Below, in pieces: positions 37,793 through 49,976 of a DNA stretch of 64,000 nucleotides. The DNA comes from Antedon mediterranea (lineage: Eukaryota; Animalia; Echinodermata), in NCBI RefSeq assembly GCF_964355755.1, contig NC_092679.1:1952201-2016200 (forward strand), read 5' to 3'. Below the pieces are notes generated by a model. It was not told the DNA's origin. It saw nothing but the letters and a program-made list of their open reading frames with translations, and did not search any database. How positions within the stretch are numbered: position 1 is the first letter of the stretch; every line of letters begins with the position of its first letter. The translations under genes were made by a program, and so were the position numbers.

Positions 37793-40700
37793 TATTGCCT
37801 AACATAACATTTAACAAATGTGTGAAAGACAATTCAAATAACATAGAGTTAGATGAATTAAAAGATAATTTTAATTATAACATTTTTTTTTTGGTACAAA
37901 TATTTTTTGGAAAAGGTTTCCAAATTTTGAATCAATTACTTCACCTTACTTAACATTCAATAAGGCATGTGCTATTTTTCAATAAGACGAAAACATGTTT
38001 TTAAAAGTTTTAGCAAGGAAAATAGTTAAACTCAGTATTATAAATCATATATTAAGACTGTTGGTTTTATCCAGCTGTTTTGGTACCTTTAAATTAACAC
38101 CGAGTCCTTGTACACTAAGTAATCTGATTGGTTAATATTAAGTCAGAAATTTAAACAAGATGGTTACTTATGCTGCTCATTACTGCCAATCAGAACAGCT
38201 CTTTAATTTTGTTGAGCTTAACGAGAGAAACAGAGGTGTATCGAAAACTTGTTTGAGAACCTAACTACTCAAACTTTATAAAACAATTTAAGTAAATTTT
38301 GAGATAATAAATTATTAAATGTATATAATTTCTGTCTGAAATGAAACAACACTTATAATTAAATTGTATAATTAATAACAAATGAGTGTATTTTTAATTT
38401 TTATTTAAAGCACTGTATGATTTGTGGACCTTTCTGGTTTTTAAAATGTGTACATATTCTTGAGATTGAACCATGTCATGGAAAAAAGAAAACAAAGTGT
38501 CTTGTAACTTTACTTAGAAATCTTAGAAACTAATCACGTTTAATTTCTAAAGGAAAGTAAATTGATTGTTATACCTTTAAAATTAAACACATTGCCTCTA
38601 TTCATTTCAAAATCCATTAACTTCTTTTGGAAGATAACTACTTTATAAGAACCATTACATAGACAATACAGGTAAAAGCCAATAATAGGATTAAACTTTG
38701 CAAGTGAGGCAATTGAAGTTGAACATGCGGCGGCAAGGCGCAAAGAAGCCATTGTATCTCTTATTGTCATTGTTTCTTTAAACTATTGTTTGTATCATGG
38801 TGTATTACTCATACTCAATTAACATAAGTTGATTCAACTCAAGTCTGACCCTTATCTGATGCTCAATATCCCTTCACATACTATACACATTTTTGATTTC
38901 TTTTAGAAATTATAGACTAGTTCTGTAGGACATCTAAATTTGAATGGACACAATAAAATTATAATTTAAACACATAATCTCTACAGTAAAGTACTTTACA
39001 TATATCATTTTAACTAATAAACTTTGGTTTTTTGTTTGTATTTTCTATTTTTAATTATTGTTTTCTTTTAATATCATAAGTCTCTTTGTTGTGTTTCATT
39101 AATATGATATATGTAGGTGTCACTAAGCTGAGAAAACTTTAGGCTTTTCTATTCTTCAAAAGGTGTAATTAAAAACTTCCAAACATGCTTCTATCTAGTT
39201 AAATTGAATTAATTTGGATAAGTAGGTTAATAAAACAAGACTTCGCAACTTTTAAACATCTTATACTACATTATAAATAAGTAACTTCTTGTTCACTGTT
39301 GTTGTATTAATTAATGTTTAGTTTATCTTTTTAAGTAATCTTCCCCATTTAATAAATGGATTGATTCAAAGCTCTTGTTTAGCTTTATAAACCGATTATT
39401 CCAGTGCATGAACAATAAACTATCTACTTGATGTTATCACTTAGAGGGAGCCCTCTTCTGTGCATCATCAATATTATTTGAGATCTAGCAGAGTTAATGT
39501 ACTGCTCTCTTAATGAACACACAACTGATACTGTAGTAGCAGACTATCAATATTATTAGCAGACTATACCATGTGTTATGCCTGATGCGTTGATGTTCTG
39601 AGGGGAGAAACCTTTGCAATAATCATTTTAGTGTTCAGCAACTATTGTGGACAAGACCTATCTAAGGCACTATCAAAAAGTGCTGTGGTGTTATTTAGTT
39701 CAGCAAAGTAGCCCCTGCGGCTGGTGGACAATCAACATTCGTAAACTTAGACACTTTTGTAACAATTAATCATGGATATTTATACAAATCTGTATGCTGA
39801 TGTTTACTTGGTTGGTGCATTCATTTATCTATTACATCGTATAAATTAGGCCTAACCATATTTTAATTAGATTTGTTAGTTTTGCTTGTTGAGGTGTATG
39901 GCATTTTCAACTAAGGTTCGACAGTTCGATCTTGTGAACAAGTGTTCCGAACAAAATACCTACCATAATTTTTTATGAAGCTTGATTATTTAGGGGTTAG
40001 GTAGATGTATTTGCCTTTCAAAATAATATAATGAAAAACTATTTTAAATCTCTGTCTTACTGTGCAATACAACAACACTGCAAAAGTAGATCTATGTACT
40101 TCAATAATACCATCATTAATATCGAGTTATTGCAACATTAATTTAATAAAATCCCTGAAGAATAAACTCAATATAAACTGCAAACAAAACAAAAAGCTAA
40201 TATTCATGAACAGAAATTTTTTTTTTCTTATGCATCCAACAGACAGCTATTAACTAGGATGGCTAAACTATTTAATAATTTAGCATGCTTATAAACTAAG
40301 TCTCATTTGAGGCTTAGGGAGTGGAGTTGAAAGAGTTGTGTATGAGTTTACAACCCTGGCACTAGGTCTGGATTTAAATTAGAAATTGATCTACATCATA
40401 AAGAAATATTTAATATTTATGCTGATTTTATTTGTTTTATTATTTATATTTCAGTCTGTTTTTTTAATTTATTGAATTTCAATAAATTAATTTATTCTAA
40501 ATAATATAGAGGTAAAGTCCAGATTAGCCCAATTTCTCAAATTTGACCTGATGATATTACAGTAATAAGAATAATACTAAAATCTAGGTCCCTACTGGTC
40601 AGTACTTGGAGGATGAATCATGATTCTGTAATTCTGTACTTAAATTATTTTAACATAAAATTCAACCATGCACACTTTTCTAATTATTTATTCTATAGCT

Positions 40701-41639
40701 CAGAGGGAGCTTAAACAGGATTAAATAAGATTAAAACCAAATAGCCTAATAAACAATCACTATTTCATTGTTAAATCAAAATTAATTTCGTTTGGTTTAT
40801 GCATTCAATAATTCAATATACATATGACCTACATATTTTTTTTCAATTAATTTCAGCAAATTCTGATTCATTTTCCCCCCCTTATAAGCATATTGAATGT
40901 GTGTGTTTTGAGTATGCGCCCACCCTTAACACTTACTATATTACATCACGCATCATTGCTGTTAATTTTTGTTGAATGACTTCACGGTACATCAAAGGGT
41001 CCGAAATTCATCAGTGCACACTTCACATCCTATGTGTGTAATTTGTTACCTAGTGGCGTTGGAATTTCACGAGGTTTTAACCGGTACTGTTCAACTCTTT
41101 TACTTTTTCTGTTAAAACTATCAGCGTAAATACCTTTACGAATCTTTGCAAATTGAATTCATTAGCGGCCTGTGTGTTGGAGACTAACCAGACAAACTTT
41201 GGTTTATGCTAAAAACCAAGGTAAACTACAATCTGTTCAAAATTTTTTCAGTATCCACCAATTTAATTTATTAGTATAATAAAATGTGTAACACAAAAAA
41301 AATGGTCTATTTATACTTTGAATTTGGATTCTAAAGTGTTTTTTTTTTAGTAATACCTAAAATAAATGTTATTACCATTGTGTGTGGTGTACAGTAGTTC
41401 ATTTCTTTGTGATAATACTTAGAAAAAAGCTCATTAATTTTACAATTTAAACATTTATCAGAAACTTGATTGAAGAATTTAAATGCAAAATCTGCCTGTT
41501 CCTGAAATAAAGACTGGTTGTTGCAGAACAGACAAACATTCCATCATCAGACAATTCAGTCATTCATTCAAATTATCTGTAGTATTTTTTTAATTAATTT
41601 CACTGAATCCAGCTACCATTACACCCACCTTTCCACTCC

Positions 41640-41840
41640 AAGAAACCACCAATCCCTCTACCCAAAGAACCCCGACCAACCCTCCCACCCTACTGTAAAC
41701 AGCCTCTTACCCTCCATTCGCTGACAATCCCAGTCACCTAAGAAGCCACCAATCCCCCTATCCCAAGAACCCCGATGAACCCTCCCACTCTACTGTAAGG
41801 AGCCTCCATTTGCTGATATTCCCAGCCACCTAAGAAGCCT
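41640..41840. repeat. C-rich tandem duplication, 92-100 bp unit x2
   Basis: aagaa(a/g)ccaccaatccc...aagaacccc...ccctcccac.ctactgtaa...cccag.cacctaagaagcc repeated. Confidence 0.8.
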
Positions 41841-43370
41841 CTTTCTAGCTTTATTGTACTGATTTTCCGCTCACCCTTGATGTTTCTCTATACATCTGTG
41901 AATAAATTAATGTTTTTACGATTCTGGGTGTAACTCAAAACATCTCTGCCAAGTTGGTTGCTCTAATTTCCAAATGCGGTGAATGCATTACCAGTGAAAT
42001 ACAATTTCCAGCGACGATATTAGATGGTAGTTTTAGCCTTGCCAATTAGGACACGGATATAGTTCCTATCCTGGTAGGTGTAGGTTACTCCATGCTAAAT
42101 GTGTTTATGTACGATGATTTTAGCGCTATTGGTTGTACACTAGGCTTACTTCAGGTTTTTTTTGCAAAAAAATGTTTTAGCATTGGCATTCTTCTAAAAG
42201 TTATGCTTTGTTGAGGAGAATATATTTGGGGTTGTAACCTTAGACAAAGACACTAATAGTTGGAAACAAGTATAGATATTCAGCTGGATGTTTATTTATA
42301 GCCTTAATTTGAAAATGAAATGCAAAATGAAAGATCTGACTGAAAATGTGCTTTAAAAGGTCCTTCAAGTCGTTTACATCAAACGCCATAACGATTACGT
42401 TAAAAGAATTATGTGGAACTAGATTTTTAACTTGCTTGGGAGTAGCCTCATCTGTTGAAAGCAATGTATGGACATAAGATCTGTCAGTCACTTCGATTGA
42501 CAAGTGGACAATGACCCCTAGTAATGCCAATTCAATGGTCATTGGTCAGTGAAGATGTCAACTGTTGAGTTATCTAGTGTTTGTATTTGTATTACTTGGA
42601 TGTTAAGTATTGACTGATGATTAGGCCAATTCACAAGTTTACCTTTCAGCAAACAATTCTCTTTCTGTTGTATTATTCTTCAAATAAATCTTGAGAATTA
42701 ATTCAAAAAAAAAAAAATTACCAGCTGATAAGTCTTACTCTACGCCAGGTAAACAAATTCTCTGATACAGGCTAACATACGGTTATTAATTAATAAGCGG
42801 GATCCCGCTTAAAAAATTCTCCCTGAAAAAAACAATGCAAAAGATAAAAAGCATGATTAGCACTTTAAACATTTAAAACAACAGTTTGAATGACTTCCTC
42901 CACTGTTACTACTGATAGGACTGTACATTTGTAAGTTGACCTTCATCTAAATGTTCCATCTGAAAGACGGTGCACTATTTGACTTTATTCTACAATATGA
43001 TGAGCAGATTTTTCCAAAATAACTAGTAAGAATCGTCAAATGACTGTATAAGACTACCAGTTGAATTCTGAGCTTAATGACGCTCCTAAAAGCAACTTCT
43101 ATTGTATAAAACCGCATTACAAGAGTACATACCATTATTAATAATTCTTGTCAGCTTTCCACGGGATCATTATGAGTTCATGACCTAGAGTACATTGCAT
43201 TAATGTGCTGGCAATAATACCTTTGTTTTTACATTGCTTTTATAATATTATTTAAATTTTATATTAGCATTGGAAAGTGGTTAATAATGCATGATTAAAA
43301 AAAGACACCGACAAATTCTAAAATAGGATGGAAGCTGCAGTGGGAGAATATAGTATTAGTTTGAATGTAG

Positions 43371-43426
43371 AGGTACTGTTACAGTTAAGGTACTGTTACA
43401 GTTAAGGTACTGTTACAGTTAAGGTA
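43371..43426. repeat. 17-bp tandem repeat aggtactgttacagtta x3
   Basis: Direct reading of the sequence. Confidence 0.9.
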
Positions 43427-46400
43427 TGCCTATAAAAGCAAAGCGGTATTCTATCTATTGTAACTTTGTACAGGTATTCTTTTGTATTCAAAAGTCATGA
43501 GTGTCGGTATTCGTAATTTGTACATCTACTGTACGCCACTTCAGGATAAATATACAGAAAGAAGACAATTCCTACGTTTAGGACGAATGTAATATGAGAG
43601 CCCTATTCAAGTCACAATGGTCTGTTGAAACGATAACCTTTACGTTTTAAAATAGGTCATACAAGTAGACACTCATGGAAAAGAATAAATAAATACAATT
43701 AACATTGTTTGGAATTAAAATTCACGACGATTATCTGTAAAGACTATTTCTATCGTCATTTTGTTGATATAATACTACCGTAAATAGATGAGACTTAGTA
43801 TCTCTTAAGTCGTACTTATTGATTGCTGGTGTTATTTTTCAATTGATTTACAAACCGTATTTACTGAATCTATTGTATAGCAGATGTAACTTAAGATCCC
43901 AGTCAATTTACTGTCTATTATTGCCGTATTTACAGATACGAAACTCTTTAGATTATCAGTCCTTGTGTCGTTCACCTTTCGGTTTATATTTCAGTCTGCG
44001 AACGTAAAGTTACATTTTAACGCTTTTTATATAGATGATATTTCCGTTACGCTCATTAACTGGGTGCCGATAAGCGAGGAATTAATTATTTTGAGAGTTT
44101 ACTTCTATGCGATAAAAACAGACGAATTGGAGAACCTTTTGATTTACGTTGGTTCAATGATGTGGAACCTGTCATGAATTGTATGTATCAGCAATTTTCT
44201 TTATGACTTTTCTCGCTGTAATTACTCAATTCTTAGCCTTTTCTAACCCATTTTATTACAATTAAACTGTGTAGGAGGTAAAATAGAAAAGATCCAATAT
44301 CATTTACCGTTTTCAGAGTGAATACAAACATTTTGACACTATTTCTAGTTCCAGTAATTTAAAACCGAAATGAATAATGAGTTTTTTACGTATCGCGCAT
44401 ACCACAAGTTTTTAATTAAATAAACTATTTATGGGTTTTTTTTTTTACAATTATAAATTATATAGTCCCCTTAATGTTTAGTACATACAGAAAAAAAGTA
44501 TTTAAAGAGAGGAATTATTTCGAGGAGTAACTTTGTTAAAGGTTCATATACAGAGGCAGTATGATTAGTTTTATTAGCTCTTTGCGGCAGGCTGTGGCTT
44601 CGTACTTTTATTATTCGTTTCCTAAATGCAAGAAATTTGAGTTATAAACTAATTATCACACACAGTAATTCCCAATTTGGAGATTATGGTATAATTTTAT
44701 TATACCTTTGGTTCTGATAGTTAGCCAAAATAAAATTCTCAGATGGACGATCGTGTTGAAGTTGACAAGCTCTACCTACCGTCAACGTGAGTCTACTGAT
44801 CCTGCGTGTATCAATATAATACAAGTAGCCCAGGGGGATGTATTGAATACTATGAAGGTATGAAACGCACATGTCCTAACCAGGCGAAAAGAACCAACCC
44901 CTTTAGGCTAGGTGATCAGCTCAAAAACTTGAGTGTGTTGGCTGTGTTATTATTCTGTGTGCCTTGAGGCTGATCGACGTATGTGCAAGATTAATACCAG
45001 GAAGAGGTATAGGTAGTTGTATTTCAACGATCCAATCATATACAACACAGATGTTGTCATGGTAGGTTCAATACAAGAAACTCTATAGGATTAGTTTTAC
45101 TGTACTGGAATATAATAATGCAGAATTTCCATATTTGGCAGGTAGGGATATTTAAAGGATAGATTTTTTTTTTATTGGCAACAGTACAATGCACTCTCAT
45201 TAGTTGACTACTTTAAGTACATCTGTGAAATTTTATTATCCCCTTTTATGTATTACTTTTATAATTATACATGAACTATTGTTTATGATGTATAAGTATT
45301 TTGCAATAGTGGTATGAAAAGTTACGAATTTGAAATTTTTTTAAATTCAAAACTTGTATAGGCATATGTTTTACTGTAATTATTGGAAAAAATTTGAAAA
45401 CTGTGTTGTAACAAGTTTTTAATCCAATTAGTTAAATGTTAAAAAGAAATTTCTAAATTATAAACTTTTGTGTACAGGCTTGATATGAATTTGAATTTGT
45501 CCAGACAGAAAAAAATGTTTGTACAATACTATAGTTTGTGTATAAACCATTCATTTCTTCTGTCTAATGGTTCTCATATAAATTCTCTAATTATATCATT
45601 TGCTTAACTTGTGTTAAATAAGTCTGTGCTATTCTTCACAAAGACTCGTGCTAAAATCCTCCGGTAATTAAATATCCCAACACTTGAGCACACATCCCAC
45701 ACTTAGTAATGTCTTGCTTAACTGGCAGTATCATAGTCAGTAAAGATAACACATCAGTTACTGTTTAGCCACGTTTAATGTTTTTAATTACATTATCGCA
45801 ACTGATAGTGCTAGATTGAGATTTTGTTTCTTATTGTAGACAAGCTGGGCCGTCTGTGTACTAAAACAAACAATGCTGTATGTATGCATACCAAATGTGT
45901 ACAATAAATATGGATAAACTAAAACACAAACACAGCTGTAGTACTAGTAGTAGTAGGGGTAGCATTTTCCAAATTAACAGGAATAGATTTTTTTTTAATG
46001 TAATTTACTGTTATAATTATGGTACATTATTGATTGTGTTTTTACAGCATTTTTATTATGTGTTTGATCTTTTTTTATCAGTGAATGTTTTTTTGTGGGG
46101 AGGGGGGTGGGGTGGAGGTAGAGGTGTGAGAATGAGGTCTATGTTATTTTAAAGAAATTTATTCAATCTTAAGAAACTATTCAACTGCAGTTACTGCAGT
46201 AAACTACATGTTTTACTGCAGTAACATATTTTAGTTTTTTTTCAATGAAGTTTGTATGATTATTGTCCCTCAACAAACTTACTAATGTTCAATTACTGTA
46301 CAAAAATTTTGACATGGTCCCTAAATAATTATCATGTATAAATATCTTATTTGATGATGATGCACCATTCTCTTCATTTTATCCATTAAGTTGTAAATCT

Positions 46401-46672
46401 TTTGTAATCTCAGTTTAATCACAGTTGTTGGTATGATTATGAATAACGAATCTGTTGCAAATAAATCACTTTAATAATAGTATTATGCAATATTAACGTT
46501 GATGATGCTATTCCATGAGTATTCATAATACGGCTCTAAAAAAGAAAAGTTTGTTAAATTTGATACTTGAAGGGGATTGTAAACAATACATTGAATAATC
46601 AACAATGTAATTAGTACATTTTATTGTTTAAATGCAAATAATAATAATAAGGAACGGATAGAATAAATTATA

Positions 46673-46864
46673 TTCCCCCTCCTCTCTTACTTCCCTCCTT
46701 TACCCTCCTCCTTTATACCTTCCCCTTCTCTTCCTTTACCCCTCCCCTCTCCTCTTACTTTACCCCTCCCCTCTCCTCTTACTTTACCCCTCCCCCTCCT
46801 CTTACTTTTTCCTTCCTCCTTCTTTATCCCTCCCCCCTATTTTTCCTTTTCTCTACCATCCCTC
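46673..46864. repeat. Polypyrimidine low-complexity tract (cccctcctcttactttac-like units)
   Basis: About 190 bp almost entirely C/T on the + strand. Confidence 0.9.
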
Positions 46865-48707
46865 AATGAATAAATAGTTTCCAAAACTTGATTTCAAAAC
46901 ATGATTATAATAATTATTTCTATTGCCTTCCTAAACTGTTGAGTAGGTTGTTTACATGCCTTGCATGTTAATGTTCAGTTAAAACGTCAATGACAGTTAA
47001 AACACCAATAAATGCTTTGATTGCATGCGATATAACACCCTTAATTATCACAATCAACCTTACATCATATAACAGATGCAAATTTTTCAAGGTTGAAAAT
47101 CTCCAACAAATAAATCACAAAAGTCAGTATAAAAAGTACATTGCAACATTGCTGTACTGTTCTTATCAGACCGCCGCGGTGTTTTTGCTTTGAAAATATA
47201 ATATCTTTTAATAGAAAAAGTGTATATTATTCGCGTATTCTGTAAATTCAGTGTGTGTTATTCGCAATCAAACACTGCTCTCTCATTTTGATGATCACTG
47301 GAGCGAGACATTTGTCGTTTGAGCCTTTGATGTTACGCTTTTTAGCTAAATATGTAATCAACCAATATTATTAATTGTCTTACCAAAGTCGTCTCTCTTT
47401 TTTATCCTAATAACCAAGTGTGTATGTTCTTTTTACTTTCCCGCAATAACATTCTCTGCTTGGAATTCTTGAATTGATGTGGAACGCAAACAACTCTCGT
47501 GTTGGAATTAACTTAAGCTAATTCTAAAATATTAAATGAATCATAAAACATAATTGTAATATTTGAGGTAAACATTTGCTACAAATAACATATGTTCCTT
47601 TAGTTTTAATTTGAATGGATAACAATGATTATAATTGCTTACATCAAAGGATAGGTATAATAAGGTGTTTTTGTTATTATTTAATAATAATAAATATAAA
47701 CTTTGCAACAAAATAAATAATATATTTATTATTCGTCAGACAGCATTTTATAATAAACAATTTTACATTTTATACCCGGAGCTACTCTTAAATTAAAGTG
47801 GCAAAAAGTTAAAATTTAAATTACTAGTAAAAATTCTTTTTTCTTGCAAGGTTCATCCTATTAAATTTTATTGAAAAACATATAATACTAATTGCATATT
47901 ATTACTGCATATTTTAAAAACATATTTGCAACGTTTTCTTCCTTTTACATTATTTCCAATCTTTTCTATTTAAATTACATGATCACAATCCACCATACGG
48001 CCATTCCTATCTGTAAATCTTCCTATCTTGATGGATGTAACAAATGTAATAATCTCTATAGTCTATAGCATTCTGACATTTTATCCTGGAATTCCCAAAT
48101 GAATTACGATCCGAACGCAAGATCTACTTCTCCGCAATCATTAGGAGGAAATGATTTGTCTATCACCAATTCAGAAAATGTGTTTCAGTAGCCGATGTTG
48201 GTGAACAACTGTATAGGCTGCATACTTTGATGAAGATAGTCTATGGTGACAATTACGAGAACAAAGCAAGTGTATTGTGTTAATACAGTAGTAGAGTAAA
48301 TGCTAGGAATTGCTATGTGTTTATGGTTATAGCTTATGTTTGAATTATATAAATCAGAATACTTGTAAAAACATAGCAACATATTTATGGCATTATATTT
48401 GTTTTTATTGCAAGTCAAAACTAACTAATTTGTTCTTGTTCTTTTTGATGTTTTATAGTGTTATAAGTTACAATTGCTATTGTGACAAGCAGTGTTTAAA
48501 TACCAAATAAATGTATTTGAATTAATGTTTTGATTGTTTCTGAAGTTGGTGCTCAATGAACTCATGGAAAAGCAAATAGCTATGTGTTTATGGGTTATGG
48601 GTTATGGGTTAGAGTAAGAGGTACATTGTTTTTTTTAAATATGATTTACATTTTAAATAACAATTGTTTCCTAGATTTTAATAAGACTATCTTCTGTTTC
48701 TCCACAG

Positions 48708-48955
48708 AATAACATTGGAATGCCAAATGGATCGAAAGCTGCAGAATTAGCCCTTGGTCGAGGTCCTGTACCACAAAGTTTGGCTGCCATGCCCCCACCT
48801 GAAAGAATAGCAATGCTACAGAGTATATCCAACCAACAGGTATTGATGCCGTTAGTAAGCAATGGAGTTTTACCAAGAGGACAGATGACACCAGCTGAGA
48901 TCCAGGTGACAGCAGCATCTTTGAGTACATCTGCTGCTGCATCATTCTTCGCAAG
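48708..48955 (+). CDS. KIF26: Coding exon B of KIF26, ending in the conserved AASFFAR motif
   Basis: Acceptor cttctgtttctccacag|A at 48707/48708 and donor GCAAG|GTAAA at 48955/48956. Starts phase 0 (compatible with exon A) and ends phase 2. The translation NNIGMPNG...LSTSAAASFFAR matches the KIF26 motif TSVAASFFARAAQKL as I recall it. Confidence 0.9.
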
Positions 48956-49915
48956 GTAAAATATTTCTAAATATGTTTGTTTATATTTATTTGTGTGATT
49001 GTGTAGGCCTACCATTGTGTACATACAGTTTATCCAAGGGAAGCCAAGAGGTGTTTACAAAATTTTTAAGCAACTGGAACTGCTGGTGCCAGAGAACCAG
49101 AAGATCCCTATATATAAATATAGTCAGCCATTTATGAAAACCAAACTCCACTGGATAACAGTGTGTGTGTGTGTGCGAAAGTAGCATGCTATTATTCTTC
49201 TATTCTCTAAAGAAGGACCAGGTGTATACCCTGAACATTTTAAAACTGGCTTTCAAAACAATCATTAAACACTTGTTAAGTTTGTTTAAAGTTATTTAAC
49301 GGTTATAGCCACCAGAACTTCAAAAATGATCCATGGATTTCTTTTGTGTGTGCATTTAAAGTTTCTATATCTTTAAACTTTCTATAATCTGTAAACTTAT
49401 AAATTTCTCGGTGACATTTACATCGGATGGTGGGATATATTCTTTAATATTTCAGTTTGCTCTTCAAGACTGCCAAATGTATCATCACTGTCAGAACACT
49501 TTGTAACTGTTCATGACTTTATGACAAATCCATGTGTTACAAATGCTTTATTGCAGTATCTTACACAGCCTAATGGTTGTACCATATGCAGCATGAAGTT
49601 GAAAAATGATCTATCACCGCTTATCTTCAAAAGGCAACCATTTTTCTACTATATGTCTAGACTCATATCCTTCTTCTTAATTTAGTTTTTACTACTGTAC
49701 CATGTTAGTTCACATTTGACAAACTTTAGGAGCGCTGCAACTAGAAGGGAAAGTTGGGTTCTTGATTGATATACTGCTAGGTTCAATATAAATGAAATAA
49801 GTGGTAAAACTATCTCATTATCAAAATTCTACTACCCCAACATTTTACATTGCATCGCACTTATATAAATATAGAAAAATTGTAATTTGTTCACATTGGG
49901 AATTGAACACAAACA

Positions 49916-49976
49916 AAGATATGGATGGAGTTCCCAGGTGGACCAAGATATAGATGGAGTTCCCAGGTGGACCAAT
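49916..49976. repeat. 29-bp tandem duplication
   Basis: aagatat(g/a)gatggagttcccaggtggacc x2. Confidence 0.9.

Noticed and set aside
44743-44792. ATG...AC|GTGAGT mini-exon (MDDRVEVDKLYLPS)
   Set aside because: Ends in phase 2, incompatible with phase-0 exon B, and shows no recognisable homology.
48646-49024. Minus-strand ORFs of 102 and 117 aa
   Set aside because: Antisense shadows of KIF26 exon B.
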